From: an uncultured Actinomycetota bacterium
Lineage (GTDB): Bacteria > Actinomycetota > Actinomycetes > JAHEKZ01
Direction: 5' to 3'
Length of the DNA: 64,000 nt
Assembly: GCA_963743915.1 (NCBI GenBank)
Contig: CAVURN010000002.1
Coordinates: 1-64,000, forward strand
Part shown: piece after piece, positions 1 through 13,991 of the stretch
Layout of the letters: every line of letters begins with the position of its first letter
Position numbering within the stretch: the first letter of the stretch is position 1
The notes under the pieces: model-generated
Database searches by the model: none
What the model was told of the DNA's origin: nothing
Seen by the model: the letters and a program-made list of their open reading frames with translations, nothing else
Position numbers and translations under genes: made by a program

Positions 1-2
1 TT

Positions 3-164
3 CGGTTCACACCGGGTGTCGTCGTCGTCTCCGTCCCCTACCAGCTCCGCTCGTCGCAGCTGGTGGCTGACCGCCCCGAGAGCTTCGGCGCGGGTGCCGT
101 CCGACGCGGTGAGCCGACGGCGGAGGAGGCGGAGCGCACGGTGGCCGAGGAGATGGAGTCCTGA
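3..164 (+). CDS. C-terminal end of a probable APC-family amino acid permease (partial)
   Basis: Frame reads RFTPGVVVVSVPYQLRSS...EMES-stop. This resembles the C-terminus of the actinobacterial APC permease that usually precedes the TRAM methyltransferase. Confidence 0.6.
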   Translation, partial: RFTPGVVVVSVPYQLRSSQLVADRPESFGAGAVRRGEPTAEEAERTVAEEMES

Positions 165-181
165 CCGGTCCGGCACCGCTC

Positions 182-1382
182 GTGGTGGGTGACCGGCTCA
201 CGGTCACCGTCGGGCCGGTGGCCCATGGCGGCCACTGCGTGGCCCGCCACGAGGGGCAGGTGCTGTTCGTGCGGCACGTGCTTCCCGACGAGGTCGTCGA
301 GGTGGAGGTCACCGAGGTCGGGCCCAAGGGACGCTACCTGCGGGGCGAGGCGCGCCGCGTGGTGACGGCATCCCCGGCGCGAGTCACGCCTCCTTGCGCG
401 TACGCCGGCGCCTGTGGCGGGTGCGACTTCCAGCACGTTGCGCTCAGCGAGCAGCGGAGGCTCAAGGCGACCGTCGTGACCGAGCAGCTGACGCGGCTCG
501 GCCGGGTCGACTGGGCGGGGGTCTCGTGGTCCGGCGTGGTCGAAGCCGGTCCCCCTGCCGGAACAGCCCGTACCACGACTCGACGACGGCCTCCACTGGC
601 GCACGCGCGTCCGGTTCGCGATCGACCCCGACGGGCGAGCAGGGTTCCGCCGTCACCGATCACATGACGTCGTCGCCGTCGACGACTGTCTGATCGCGCA
701 CCCGCTGGTGGACGTGCCGGAGATCACCGGCACGTCCTGGCCGGGCGTCGAGCAGGTGGCCGTCACGGTCTCGACGGCCACGGGGGAGCGGGTGGTCGAC
801 GTGGGTGCGCGGCAGGGGAGCGAGCACCTGGAGGTGGCTGCTGCGGGGCGCCGGTGGCAGGTGTCGTCCGGTGGCTTCTGGCAGGTCCACCCGGGTGCGG
901 CGGACATCCTGGTCGACGCGGTCCTGGCGATGGCCGACCCACGACCAGGTGAGCACCTCGTCGACCTCTACGCCGGTGTCGGGCTGTTCGGCGGCGCATG
1001 GGGCAGCCGGGTGACCGGTCCGGTGGACGCCGTGGAAGGTCACCGGGCTGCCGCGGCGGATGCGCTGACCAACCTCGCCGACCTGCCGGAGGTGCGGGTC
1101 CACGCGGTCCCGGTGGAGAGGTTCGTACGGTCCTCGCCGAACCTGCGTCCGGACGTCGTCGTGCTCGACCCCCCACGGGTGGGCGCCAAGCGTGCAGTGG
1201 TCGAGCCGGTGGCGGCCTGGGGGGCCAGGGCGGTGGTCTACGTCGCGTGCGACCCGGCGTCCCTCGGACGCGACGTCGCTCTCTTCGCCGAGCAGGGGTA
1301 CCGGCTGGGCGCGCTGCGCGCGTTCGACCTGTTCCCGATGACGCACCACGTCGAGTGCGTGGCGCTGCTCGTGCGCGTCTGA
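182..1382 (+). CDS. TRAM-domain class I SAM-dependent RNA (m5U) methyltransferase, RlmD/TrmA family, with +1 frameshift near 547
   Basis: TRAM N-terminus and CxxxxxCGGCDFQH in ORF 182-667. FWQVH, DLYAGVGLF, LDPPRVG, YVACDP and DLFPMTHHVE in ORF 708-1382. Removing one base near 547 joins the frames. Confidence 0.85.
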
Positions 1383-1400
1383 TATCTTGATATCAAGATA
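1383..1400. promoter_or_regulatory. Perfect 18-bp palindrome TATCTTGATATCAAGATA, probable TamR (MarR family) operator upstream of aconitase
   Basis: AT-rich perfect inverted repeat 45 bp before the acnA start, resembling the Streptomyces TamR site. Confidence 0.7.
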
Positions 1401-1445
1401 AATTCCATCCGGCAGGATGACGCAGGACGAGCCGAGGAGACCCCC

Positions 1446-4256
<2,811 letters not shown>

Positions 4257-4269
4257 GATACTGCCTGCC

Positions 4270-4710
4270 ATGGCGTGGGCAGCAGCACTCAAGGTGCTGG
4301 TCAAGTGGGGACCGGTGGTGTTCGCCGCGGGCAAGAAGGCGTTGCCCTACCTGAAGGACAATCCGGCGGCGCAGCAGTTCGTGGCCTCCATGGCCGAGCA
4401 GACAGCGGCGCTCCCGCAGAAGCTGAGCGCCGAGGGACGCGTGCGCCGCAAGATCGCCGCCGTGCAGGTCTCCCTGGCCGAGGCGGCTGCCGTGGGTGTG
4501 GACCCGCTGGCCTACGCGCGCTGGCGGGAGGACCTCGACGAGATGTCTCGGACGGTGACGTTGGCGCGCGCCGCCAGCCGGCCCCAGCGACGGATCCTGC
4601 TCAAGCGCTGCGAGCGACGGCTCGACCACCTGGTGGCCGAGATCCTGCCCCAGCTCACCCGTCGCCGCCCCGGGGAGCCGCCGACCGCGCCACCTCAGCT
4701 GCCGGCCTGA
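4270..4710 (+). CDS. Hypothetical helical protein
   Basis: 146-aa ORF with GC3 bias filling the gap after acnA. Confidence 0.65.
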   Translation: MAWAAALKVLVKWGPVVFAAGKKALPYLKDNPAAQQFVASMAEQTAALPQKLSAEGRVRRKIAAVQVSLAEAAAVGVDPLAYARWREDLDEMSRTVTLARAASRPQRRILLKRCERRLDHLVAEILPQLTRRRPGEPPTAPPQLPA

Positions 4711-4749
4711 ACCGGGTCGGGTGTCCGACGGGCATGGGACGCTCGAGCC

Positions 4750-5313
4750 ATGGAGCTGAGCACCGAACGACTGCTGCTGCGTGGGTGGCGGGACGCGGAC
4801 CGGGCACCGTTCGCGGCGCTCAACGCCGACCCGCAGGTGATGGAGCACTTCCCGGCACCACTCTCCCGTGCCGAGTCCGACGCCTTCCTCGACCAGCGCG
4901 TCCTTCCGCACCTCGCCGAGCACGGGTACGGGCTCTGGGCGGTCGAGCGCCGAAATGACGGTGCCTTCCTCGGAACTGCCGGCCTGATGTGGCAGACCTT
5001 CCCGGCCTCCTTCACCCCCGCCCTCGAGGTGGGCTGGCGGCTCGCCGTCCATGCCTGGGGGCACGGGTACGCGACCGAGGCCGGGAACGCCAGCCTGCAG
5101 CACGCTTTCGACAGGATCGGGGTGGACGAGGTGGTCTCCATGACCTCGGTGTCCAACACCCCGTCACGCGCCGTGATGGAGCGTCTCGGCATGACGCGCG
5201 ATCCTGACGACGACTTCGACCACCCCCGCGTCCCCGACGGCAGCCCGCTGCGCCGCCACGTGCTGTACCGGCTCTCCCGCCGGCAGTGGTCGGCCACGGT
5301 CGCACGGGCATGA
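4750..5313 (+). CDS. GNAT N-acetyltransferase (RimJ/RimL-like)
   Basis: TERLLLRGW, EVGWRL, WGHGYATEA and SRAVMERLGM motifs. Confidence 0.9.
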   Translation: MELSTERLLLRGWRDADRAPFAALNADPQVMEHFPAPLSRAESDAFLDQRVLPHLAEHGYGLWAVERRNDGAFLGTAGLMWQTFPASFTPALEVGWRLAVHAWGHGYATEAGNASLQHAFDRIGVDEVVSMTSVSNTPSRAVMERLGMTRDPDDDFDHPRVPDGSPLRRHVLYRLSRRQWSATVARA

Positions 5314-5684
5314 GCGCCGCACCGCGTCCGCCCGCCGGGTGGCCGCCATCGGTCCCCGCCCCGGGGACGCCGGGGTGGGAGCGGCGGGCCGTCAGCTACC
5401 TGCTCGACGTCGCGCCGGGCCAGTACCGCGCAGAGCCGGTCTACACGCGGTTCCCGGCGGTCCTGGCGTGGCGGGTCGAGGCACTCGTCGAGGCCCAGCT
5501 CGACGCCGCACGCGCCTCCTACGCCCGTGCACGCGCCGAGCTGGGCGACGTGGTCACCCCGGAGGCGGTCGGTGAGGCCCTCGCGGCGCTCGAGCGTGAG
5601 GGGGCACACCTGCTGGCGCTCCGGCGCGAGGTCGACCTGCTCGGCCGCGCCCTGCGCGGTGAGGCGTTCGTCCCCCGCCTGTGA
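5310..5684 (+). CDS. Conserved actinobacterial hypothetical protein
   Basis: ATGA overlap with the GNAT stop; 124-aa ORF with strong codon bias. Confidence 0.65.
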   Translation: MSAAPRPPAGWPPSVPAPGTPGWERRAVSYLLDVAPGQYRAEPVYTRFPAVLAWRVEALVEAQLDAARASYARARAELGDVVTPEAVGEALAALEREGAHLLALRREVDLLGRALRGEAFVPRL

Positions 5685-5800
5685 CCGGTGCAGGGGCCCT
5701 CTGGGCGTCGTCGCTGTGCGCGCCGGCACGAGTGATCGCCCGTAGACTGGCTGGCGCGTCCGACCCGCCCGGGGTCGGCACCGGCCGGAGAGGAGCACCG

Positions 5801-7732
5801 GTGTCGCTGCTCTCCCAGATCACCGGCCCGGCCGACGTCAAGGCGCTCAGCGCCGACGAGCTCGCACCACTCGCACACGAGATCCGTGACTTCCTGATCG
5901 CGAACGTCTCCCGCACCGGTGGCCACCTCGGGCCGAACCTGGGCGTGGTCGAGCTGACGATCGCGCTGCACCGCGTCTTCGAGAGCCCACGCGACGTCCT
6001 GCTCTGGGACACCGGGCACCAGTCGTACGTCCACAAGCTGCTGACCGGCCGACAGGAGTTCGACACCCTGCGCCAGCGTGGCGGGCTGTCCGGCTATCCC
6101 TCGCGTGCGGAGTCCGAGCACGACGTGATCGAGAACTCTCACGCGTCCACGGCCCTGTCGTACGCCGACGGCATCGCCAAGGGCTTCGCGCTGACGGGCG
6201 GACGCGACCGGTCGGTGGTCGCCGTCGTCGGCGACGGTGCTCTCACCGGGGGGATGGCGTGGGAGGCCCTGAACAACCTCGCCGCCGCCAAGGACCGTCC
6301 CGTCGTGATCGTGGTCAACGACAACGAGCGTTCCTACGCGCCGACCATCGGCGGCCTCGCGCACCACCTGTCCACCTTGCGGACCACCCGGGGCTACGAG
6401 CGGTTCCTGCAGTGGGGGCGTGGCGTGCTGGGCCGCACGCCGGTGGTCGGGCAGCCGCTCTTCGACACCCTGCACGGGATGAAGAAGGGGCTGAAGGACA
6501 TGGTGGCCCCGCAGGGTCTCTTCGAGGACCTGGGACTGAAGTACATCGGTCCGGTCGACGGGCACGACCACGACGAGCTCGAGCACGCGCTGCGCCGGGC
6601 CAAGGCGTTCGGCGGGCCGGTGATCGTGCACGCCCTCACTCACAAGGGTCTGGGCTTCGCTCCCGCCGAGAACGACGACGCCGACCGGTTCCACGGTGTC
6701 GGGATCATCGACCCGGAGACGGGGCGCGCGTTGGCCGACTCCGGACCGACGTGGACGGGCGTCTTCGCCGACGAGGTGGTCGCCGTCGGACGTGAGCGCC
6801 CCGACGTCGTCGCCATCACGGCCGCGATGATGCAGCCCGTGGGTCTGGGTCCCTTCGCCGCGGAGTTCCCGGACCGGGTGTACGACGTCGGCATCGCCGA
6901 GCAGCACGCGACGACGTCCGCGGCAGGTCTGGCTTTCGCCGGCCTGCACCCGGTGGTGGCGGTGTATGCCACCTTCCTCAACCGGGCGTACGACCAGGTG
7001 CTGCTCGATGTCGCGCTGCACCGCGCCCCGGTGACCTTCGTCCTCGACCGAGCCGGCGTCACCGGTGACGACGGTCCGTCCCACAACGGCATGTGGGACC
7101 TGTCGGTGTTCGCGACCGTCCCCGGACTTCGGATCGCCGCTCCCCGCGACGGCGACCAGCTGCGCGCCCTCCTCCGGGAGGCTGTCGGCGTCGACGACGG
7201 ACCCACGCTCGTGCGCTTTCCCAAGGGGGCTCTGCCGGATGTGGTCCCTGCTGTCGACACCGCGGGACCGGTGGACGTGCTGCACCGTGCCGGTGCACCC
7301 GATGTGCTCGTCATCGCGGTCGGGGCCATGGCCGCCTGCGGACTCCAGGTCGCCCGTCGTCTTGGGGACCAGGGGATCGGTGTCACCGTGGTCGATCCGC
7401 GGTGGGTACTTCCGGTGGATCCTGCTCTGGTCGACCTTGCCGCGGGGTTCCGCCTCGTCGTCACGATCGAGGACAACCTGCGCGCGGGCGGTGTCGGTGC
7501 GGCCGTCCTCACCGCGCTCCAGGACGCCCAGGTGTCGACGCCGGTCAGCATCATCGGCCTGCCGCAGCGCTTCCTCGAGCACGCCAAGCGCGGGGACGTG
7601 CTGGCCGAGACCGGGTTGACCGCTCAGCAGATCGCGCGCGACGTCGTCGAGCGCGTCAGTGGACTCACCCCCTCGACCTACCCGAACGGCTCGGTGTCGG
7701 TCACGGCGGACGAACCCACCCCCCGCGACTGA
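5801..7732 (+). CDS. dxs: 1-deoxy-D-xylulose-5-phosphate synthase
   Basis: [30 protein letters not shown] and DVGIAEQH motifs; GTG start after AGGAG. Confidence 0.96.
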   Translation: MSLLSQITGPADVKALSADELAPLAHEIRDFLIANVSRTGGHLGPNLGVVELTIALHRVFESPRDVLLWDTGHQSYVHKLLTGRQEFDTLRQRGGLSGYPSRAESEHDVIENSHASTALSYADGIAKGFALTGGRDRSVVAVVGDGALTGGMAWEALNNLAAAKDRPVVIVVNDNERSYAPTIGGLAHHLSTLRTTRGYERFLQWGRGVLGRTPVVGQPLFDTLHGMKKGLKDMVAPQGLFEDLGLKYIGPVDGHDHDELEHALRRAKAFGGPVIVHALTHKGLGFAPAENDDADRFHGVGIIDPETGRALADSGPTWTGVFADEVVAVGRERPDVVAITAAMMQPVGLGPFAAEFPDRVYDVGIAEQHATTSAAGLAFAGLHPVVAVYATFLNRAYDQVLLDVALHRAPVTFVLDRAGVTGDDGPSHNGMWDLSVFATVPGLRIAAPRDGDQLRALLREAVGVDDGPTLVRFPKGALPDVVPAVDTAGPVDVLHRAGAPDVLVIAVGAMAACGLQVARRLGDQGIGVTVVDPRWVLPVDPALVDLAAGFRLVVTIEDNLRAGGVGAAVLTALQDAQVSTPVSIIGLPQRFLEHAKRGDVLAETGLTAQQIARDVVERVSGLTPSTYPNGSVSVTADEPTPRD

Positions 7733-7736
7733 AAGC

Positions 7737-8588
7737 TCAGCGGCCGCGCATCCAGGGGTCGATCCGTGCCGGTGGATCCTGCAGCGCGTGCAGCGCAGAT
7801 CGCCCGACCGAGCCGACCATCACGACCTCCTCGGGGGTGATCAGCACGGCGCGGGCGAACCCTCGCTCAGCAGGCTCCGTGGCCAGCGCCGCCGCAGCGG
7901 CGAAGGCCGGGTCGATCCGTCCGAGGTCGAGCCAGCCGCGCGTCCGCATGGGAACGGCCGCGGTCCGCCACCCCACCGGGTCCTCGGCGCAGAGGGTGGC
8001 CCGGTAGGCGGAGGACGCCATGAGGGTGACCACGTCGAGGTCACCGAAGGGCCGCAGGGGGGCGGATGGATCGCGCACCACCCGCTGCGCCGCGCCCCGG
8101 CCGGTCTGCTCGAGCATCCGGGCCGCGGCGGGCCACCAGGAGGTGGTGTCGATGTCGGAGGCGGCCAGCACGGACGGCGGCACGACGACGACCTCGTCCG
8201 GGTCGTCGAGCAGGCCGAGCATTCCGAGTCCCACGTCGAGCGTCTCGCCCGCCACGCGGTGTCGCACCCAGCGGGGACCGGGGTGGAGCGGGTGGTCCTG
8301 CGGCAGCCCCACGGGACGAGCCAGGTCCTGCGGATCGACCGGGCGGGAGAGGGCACCCCGCAGGCGCAGCCAGGTCCGCAGCCGGCGGCGGGCGCGGTCG
8401 GAGTCAGCAGGCACGTCACCCACGGCCCGGGCCACCTCGTCCCAGCCGATGTGGAGGGTGCGGTGGTCGCCCGAGAAACGGACCGCGCTGTCGGAGGGCA
8501 TCAGGTCGAGGCCGTCCAGCACAGAGACCGCCAGGACGCACTGCCGCAGCACCGCGTGATCGGTGGGTGGAGGCGCACCGGGGTCCAT
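7737..8588 (-). CDS. Conserved hypothetical protein (start uncertain)
   Basis: Long ORF with GC3 bias converging on dxs; PMRTRGWLDL-type segment. Confidence 0.65.
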   Translation of the reverse strand: MDPGAPPPTDHAVLRQCVLAVSVLDGLDLMPSDSAVRFSGDHRTLHIGWDEVARAVGDVPADSDRARRRLRTWLRLRGALSRPVDPQDLARPVGLPQDHPLHPGPRWVRHRVAGETLDVGLGMLGLLDDPDEVVVVPPSVLAASDIDTTSWWPAAARMLEQTGRGAAQRVVRDPSAPLRPFGDLDVVTLMASSAYRATLCAEDPVGWRTAAVPMRTRGWLDLGRIDPAFAAAAALATEPAERGFARAVLITPEEVVMVGSVGRSALHALQDPPARIDPWMRGR

Positions 8589-8736
8589 CTGCTGACCGTA
8601 GACGCCGTACCCGGTCTCGCGCTGCCCGAGGCGTCCGCACCACCCCTCTGCCACATCGGTCACCACGCGTGGTGGGTCGCTCACCGCGTGCGTGCGCGCA
8701 GTTGCCCGGCCGGCCCCGGCGGCGCAGGGTGGACGC

Positions 8737-9792
8737 ATGACGTCCGGCAGCGAGCTGCTCGAGCTCGGTGACGTCTCGGCGCGCCGAGGCCCTGCCGTGC
8801 CGCGCCCGGTGGGCCTGCTGTTGTCTCTCGCCCTGGTGGGGGCGGTCCTGACGGCGGGACTGGTCGAGCTGGCGCCGTGGCTGCAGGGTCCGCCCGACAC
8901 GGGGCTGAGGGTCCTGGTCCAGGGAGAGGACGGCCTGACGTGGGTGGACGTCGACTCCGGTCGGCGGGAGGAGCTGCCCCTCGGCGAGAGCGCGGTCGAC
9001 CGGGTGGTGACCGTGGTCGGTACCGGGGTCGTCGTGCAGCGCCCGCAGCGCGAGCCGGTCGCGGACGCGGTGGTCGGCTACGCGTCCTCCGGGTCGGTCC
9101 ACCAGGTGGGGGAGGCGGACCGGGTGCTGCCGGCGTCCGCAGGCTCGCTCTGGCTCGTGGTGGACGGCTCCCGGGGGGTCGACGGCGGAGTCGTGCTGGC
9201 CAGTGCCTACGGCGAGTGGCGCTCGCGGGTGTTCCTGGTCCCTCCCAGGCTGCAGGTCGTGGGGGCGGCCGACGACCTGTTCGTCGCGCTCACCGGGCGG
9301 TACCGCAGCCGTCAGCTCGTGCTGTGGGATCCCCAGGCGGCGGAGCGAGCCGCGTCGCTGGGCTGGGTGGTGGGCGTACGCCAGGTCACCGGCGGACACG
9401 CACTGGTGACGACGGGGTGCCTGACGAGTGGGTGCACGACGGCGACGGTGTCCCTCAGCGACGGCACGACGACCGAGGTGCGACCGCCCGTCGGCTGGTC
9501 CGAGGCCGGCGAGCCGGGACTGGTGGGCGACCAGGGTCAGGTGGCCATGGTGGTGGTCGACGAGAGCGGACGCGCCGCGCTTGCGGTCGGCCCCCCGGGC
9601 GACCTGCGCGTGGTGGACGTGGCGCTGCCGGCCTCCGCCCACCGCATCCTGGACGCGGGTGAGGGCTGGTTGGTGCTGCCCGCGGCCGACGCGGACGTGC
9701 TGCTGTGGCGTTCCGGGCTGCCGGTCGACCGGCTGCCGCACGTCGAGCTGGCCGCCGGTGAGCAGGTGCTCGGCGTCTCCGCGGCGGCCTGA
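8737..9792 (+). CDS. Hypothetical membrane-anchored beta-rich protein
   Basis: N-terminal TM helix followed by a Val/Gly-rich beta-strand-like region with a CLTSGC motif. Confidence 0.6.
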   Translation: MTSGSELLELGDVSARRGPAVPRPVGLLLSLALVGAVLTAGLVELAPWLQGPPDTGLRVLVQGEDGLTWVDVDSGRREELPLGESAVDRVVTVVGTGVVVQRPQREPVADAVVGYASSGSVHQVGEADRVLPASAGSLWLVVDGSRGVDGGVVLASAYGEWRSRVFLVPPRLQVVGAADDLFVALTGRYRSRQLVLWDPQAAERAASLGWVVGVRQVTGGHALVTTGCLTSGCTTATVSLSDGTTTEVRPPVGWSEAGEPGLVGDQGQVAMVVVDESGRAALAVGPPGDLRVVDVALPASAHRILDAGEGWLVLPAADADVLLWRSGLPVDRLPHVELAAGEQVLGVSAAA

Positions 9793-9821
9793 GGAGCGCG
9801 GGCGCGGGCTCGAGCCCGAGG

Positions 9822-11930
9822 TCAGTCCGTGGCCGAGGGCGGGCCGCTGTGGAACGTGCGGTGGCGCACCGCGGTACTGGTGCCCGTCCGGTCGAGGTAG
9901 GGCGTGATGCCGCCGAGCCAGAACGGCCAGCCGGCGCCGAGCACCATGCAGAGGTCGATGTCAGCAGCGGCACCGACCACCCCCTCGTCGAGCATGATGC
10001 CGATCTCCTCGGCCAGCGCCCGGAGCACCCGCTGTCGCACCGCGTCGGCGTCGGGCACTCCCGCGGGCGCCGACGGCACGAGCGCGGCGACCTCAGGATC
10101 GATGTGCGGTGCCCCGCGCTCGGCGTCGTAGACGCTCCGGCGTCCGGAGGCGGCCAACGCCTCCAGGGTGGCGGACGTCGCGAACCGCTCCGGGAAGGCG
10201 CGGTGCATGGACGCCACGACGTGGGCAGCGACCCCCGTCCCCACCAGCTCGAGCAGCGCGAAGGGAGACATCGGGAGGGCGAGCCCGTCGAGGCTGGCAT
10301 CCACCACCTCGAGGGGCGCGCCGTCGTCCACACACGCCATGACCTCGGCCAGCAGCCTGATGAGCACGCGGTTGACCACGAAGCCGGGGGAGTCCTGCAC
10401 CAGCACCGCCGACTTCTTCAGAGCCTTGACGAAGGCGAAGCCGGTGGCGAGCGCACGGTCGTCGGTGCGCTGGGCGTGCACCACCTCGACGAGCGGCATC
10501 ACGGCGACCGGGTTGAAGAAGTGCAGGCCGACCACGCGCTCGGGGTGGCGCAGGTGCGCCGCCATGGCTGACACGGGGAGGGACGAGGTGTTGGTGGCCA
10601 GGATGCAGTCGTCGCGGACGACCGTTTCGAGATCGGTGAAGACCTGCTGCTTGACCGCGAGGTCCTCGACGACCGCCTCGATCACGAGGTCGGCGTCGGT
10701 GAGGTTCTCCAGTGCCGTGCTCAGGGTGACCAGCTGTCGCATCCGGGCGGCGGTCTCCGGACGCAGCTTCCTCTTCTGCTCGCGGTCGTCGATCTCCGCG
10801 GCAATGGCCTGTCGCGCGCGGTCGACCGCGCCCTGGTCGATGTCGACGAGATGCACGGGGACGCCGGTCCGCTCGGCGGTCACGAGAGCCAGCTGTCGCG
10901 CCATCAGCCCGGCACCGACGAGGCCGACCGAGGTGAGGGGTCCGGCGTCGACCTCGGGGACGCCGACCGGACGCTTGGCGCGCTTCTGCACGAGGTCGAA
11001 GGCGTAGAGCGAGGCGGACAGCTCAGGACTGAGCGTGAGGTCGGCGAGTGCCTCGTCCTCGGCGGCGAAGCTCTCGGCCTGCGAGGCGGTGCGGGCACCC
11101 TCGAGCAGCTGCAGGGCCCGCCGTGGCGCCGGGGGGACGTTCTTGGTGCGGGTCGCGACCAGCTCGCCGCCGCGGGCGAGCGCGGCGTCCCACTCGGGGC
11201 CGGTCGGTGCGGGGCGGTCGACCGTCCGTGCACCGCTGACGACCTCGGCGGCCCAGGCCAACGACTGCTCGAGGAAGTCGGCACCGTCGAGCAGGGCATC
11301 CGCGACCCCGAGCTCGACTGCCTGCTTCGGCTTGAGCATGGTGTTGAAGGTGAGCGGGTTCTGGAGGATGACGGTCACCGCGTTCTCCGGGCCGGCGATC
11401 CGCGGCAGCAGAGTCGCACCACCCCATCCCGGGACGAGTCCGAGGAAGACCTCGGGCAGTGCGAGCGCGGGCGCCGCGCTCGAGACGGTGCGGTACGTGC
11501 AGTGGAGAGCGACCTCGAGCCCACCTCCCATGGCTGCGCCGTTGATGAAGGCGAAGCTCGGGACCGGCAGCGTGCCGAGCTTGCCGAACACCCGGTGGCC
11601 GAGGCGTCCGATCTCGAGCACCTGGGCATGCTCGGTCAGCTGTCGGAAGACGCCGAGGTCCGCGCCCACGCTGAACACGAACGGCTTGCCGGTGAGGCAG
11701 ACCGCCACGAGGTCGTCGCGAGCAGCGACCTCGTCGAGGGCGGCTTCCAGGGACGCGAGGGACGCGGGGCCGAAGGTGTTGGGACGTCGGTGGTCCCGCC
11801 CGTTGTCGAGGGTGAGCAGCGCCGCGCGTCCGGGACCCGGGCCGCCCGCCCGTCCCGGCAGATCGACGTAGTGGATGCGGGTGTGCGTGACGATCTCGTC
11901 GGGGAACGGCGGCAGGAGGCTGGTGCTCAT
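9822..11930 (-). CDS. fadB: Fatty acid oxidation complex alpha subunit (enoyl-CoA hydratase / 3-hydroxyacyl-CoA dehydrogenase)
   Basis: GGGLEVALHC, LPEVFLGLVPGWGG, GAGLMA, NTSSL and GLHFFNPV motifs. Confidence 0.92.
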   Translation of the reverse strand: MSTSLLPPFPDEIVTHTRIHYVDLPGRAGGPGPGRAALLTLDNGRDHRRPNTFGPASLASLEAALDEVAARDDLVAVCLTGKPFVFSVGADLGVFRQLTEHAQVLEIGRLGHRVFGKLGTLPVPSFAFINGAAMGGGLEVALHCTYRTVSSAAPALALPEVFLGLVPGWGGATLLPRIAGPENAVTVILQNPLTFNTMLKPKQAVELGVADALLDGADFLEQSLAWAAEVVSGARTVDRPAPTGPEWDAALARGGELVATRTKNVPPAPRRALQLLEGARTASQAESFAAEDEALADLTLSPELSASLYAFDLVQKRAKRPVGVPEVDAGPLTSVGLVGAGLMARQLALVTAERTGVPVHLVDIDQGAVDRARQAIAAEIDDREQKRKLRPETAARMRQLVTLSTALENLTDADLVIEAVVEDLAVKQQVFTDLETVVRDDCILATNTSSLPVSAMAAHLRHPERVVGLHFFNPVAVMPLVEVVHAQRTDDRALATGFAFVKALKKSAVLVQDSPGFVVNRVLIRLLAEVMACVDDGAPLEVVDASLDGLALPMSPFALLELVGTGVAAHVVASMHRAFPERFATSATLEALAASGRRSVYDAERGAPHIDPEVAALVPSAPAGVPDADAVRQRVLRALAEEIGIMLDEGVVGAAADIDLCMVLGAGWPFWLGGITPYLDRTGTSTAVRHRTFHSGPPSATD

Positions 11931-13129
11931 GCGCCACTCCCGCTCGCGTGGTGCGGGTTCTCCCAGATGACGGTGCCGCCCTGACCGAGGCCGACGCACA
12001 TCGTCGTGATGCCGTAACGCACGTCGGGCCGGTCGGCGAACTGGCGGGCGAGCTGCACCATCAACCGGATGCCGGACGACGCGAGCGGGTGGCCGAAGGC
12101 GATCGCGCCGCCGTACGGATTGACGCGCGGGTCGTCGTCAGCGATCCCGAAGTGGTCGAGGAAGGCCAGCACCTGGACGGCAAAGGCCTCGTTGATCTCG
12201 ATCAGCCCGATGTCGTCGATGGTCAGGCCCGAGCGGGCGAGCGCGCGTTCGGTCGAAGGGATGGGACCGACTCCCATGAGGGCCGGGTCGACTCCGGCGA
12301 AGGCGTAGCCGACCAGGCGCATCCGCTGGGTGAGCCCGAGCTCGTCGGCGACCGCCGCGGAGGTGATGAGGGCTCCGGTGGCTCCGTCGTTCAGCCCGGC
12401 GGCGTTGCCGGCGGTGACGCGCCCGTGCGGTCGGAACGGTGTCCGTAGATCGGCCAGGATCTCGAGGGTGGTGCTGGGCCGGGGAGGTTCGTCGGACGTC
12501 GACAGGTCCCAGCCGCCGTCCTCGGCGCGCACCGCCACCGGTACCAGATCCGGCTGGATGTGGCCGGTGGCGTAGGCCTCGGCGACCTTCTGCTGGCTGG
12601 CGGCGGCGTAGGCGTCTGCGCGTTGGCGGGTGAGATGCGGAAAGCGGTCGTGCAGGTTCTCCGCGGTCTTGCCCATGACGAGCGCGTCAGGGTCGACGAT
12701 CCGCTCGGAGACGAAGCGCGGGTTGGGGTCGATGCCCTCACCCATCGGGTGCCGTCCCATGTGCTCGACGCCGCCGGCCAGGCCGACGTCGATGGCTCCT
12801 GCGGCGATCCCCGCACTGAGGGTGGTGACGGCCGTCATGGCGCCGGCACACATCCGGTCGATCGAGTAGCCAGGGACGCTCATCGGCAGTCCCGCCAGCA
12901 GTGGGGCGCTGCGGCCGAGGGTGAGGCCCTGGTCCCCGATCTGGTTGGTGGCGGCTATCGCCACCTCGTCGATCCGCTCCGGAGGCAACGAAGGATTGCG
13001 TCGGAGCAGCTCGCGGATCACCCGGACGACGAGGTCGTCGGAGCGGGTCGTGGCGTACCGGCTGCCCGCCTTGCCGAACGGCGTCCGGAGCCCGTCGACA
13101 TAGACGACGTCACGGGTCGGCTGTGCCAC
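11927..13129 (-). CDS. fadA: Acetyl-CoA C-acyltransferase (thiolase)
   Basis: DRMCAGAM, NEAFA, GGAIAFGHP and CVGLGQG motifs; overlaps the fadB start. Confidence 0.93.
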   Translation of the reverse strand: MAQPTRDVVYVDGLRTPFGKAGSRYATTRSDDLVVRVIRELLRRNPSLPPERIDEVAIAATNQIGDQGLTLGRSAPLLAGLPMSVPGYSIDRMCAGAMTAVTTLSAGIAAGAIDVGLAGGVEHMGRHPMGEGIDPNPRFVSERIVDPDALVMGKTAENLHDRFPHLTRQRADAYAAASQQKVAEAYATGHIQPDLVPVAVRAEDGGWDLSTSDEPPRPSTTLEILADLRTPFRPHGRVTAGNAAGLNDGATGALITSAAVADELGLTQRMRLVGYAFAGVDPALMGVGPIPSTERALARSGLTIDDIGLIEINEAFAVQVLAFLDHFGIADDDPRVNPYGGAIAFGHPLASSGIRLMVQLARQFADRPDVRYGITTMCVGLGQGGTVIWENPHHASGSGA

Positions 13130-13249
13130 CTGGTTGCCTCCTGGTCGCGATGCTCGCTCTACGGGCCGCTGACACTGGCAGCGGACGACACTCCGAGCCT
13201 ACGTCCCGCTGTCGGCGCCGCCGCGGAGGCCGCCGACTGTGGTGGTTCC

Positions 13250-13933
13250 TCACAGGTGCTTGGTCGCCTCGCGTAGTGAGAGCGGACTCATCCGGTCGCG
13301 ATGGGCGGCGACGAAGGCCCGCACCCACTCCGGGTCCGTGTGCGCGTACGCCCGCAGGGCCCACCCGATGCCCTTGCGCACGAAGAAGTCGGGATCGTCG
13401 AGCGTGAGGAGCACGACGTCCTCGAGCAGCCCGACGTCGGTGTCGGCCTTGGCGCCCACCTGGCAGACGAGCGCGGCGCGCCGTCGCCAGAGGTCGTCGT
13501 CGACAGCCCACTGCCGCATCAGCGCACCCACGCCCTCGGGCTCGAGCGCCAGCAGCTCGCCCAGCGCATGTGTCGCAAGGTCGTCGACGACGTCCCACCA
13601 GTGCCCGGTCACGACCAGGTGGTCGTACAGCGGCAGCAGGGTGAGGTCGCGCCAGACGCGATGACGCGGAGCTTGAAGGACGGCGAGCGCTGCGTACCAG
13701 TCCTCGCGGTGCCCAGCCCCGTCCCACAGTGCCAGGACCGTCGTGGTCAGGTCGCGCTGGTCAGCGATCGGATGCGCGCCGAGGGCAGAGCGCACGATCC
13801 GGCGCACCGCCGGCATCGGGACGCCGTAGAAGGGAAGGCGCGACTTCATGTACCGCTGCTGCTGCACCGCTCGTTCGGCATCGCCTGCGTCCGCAAGCTC
13901 ACGTCGGATCTTGTCCACGACAGCGGTGCCCAC
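13250..13933 (-). CDS. DNA alkylation repair protein (AlkD-like)
   Basis: YMKS...FYGV, WWDVVD and FFVRKGIGWALRAY motifs. Confidence 0.88.
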   Translation of the reverse strand: MGTAVVDKIRRELADAGDAERAVQQQRYMKSRLPFYGVPMPAVRRIVRSALGAHPIADQRDLTTTVLALWDGAGHREDWYAALAVLQAPRHRVWRDLTLLPLYDHLVVTGHWWDVVDDLATHALGELLALEPEGVGALMRQWAVDDDLWRRRAALVCQVGAKADTDVGLLEDVVLLTLDDPDFFVRKGIGWALRAYAHTDPEWVRAFVAAHRDRMSPLSLREATKHL

Positions 13934-13991
13934 GCCACCATTGTCCTCGCGGGAACGGCGAGCGACCACGAGCGCACGTGCAGGCCGGTGG

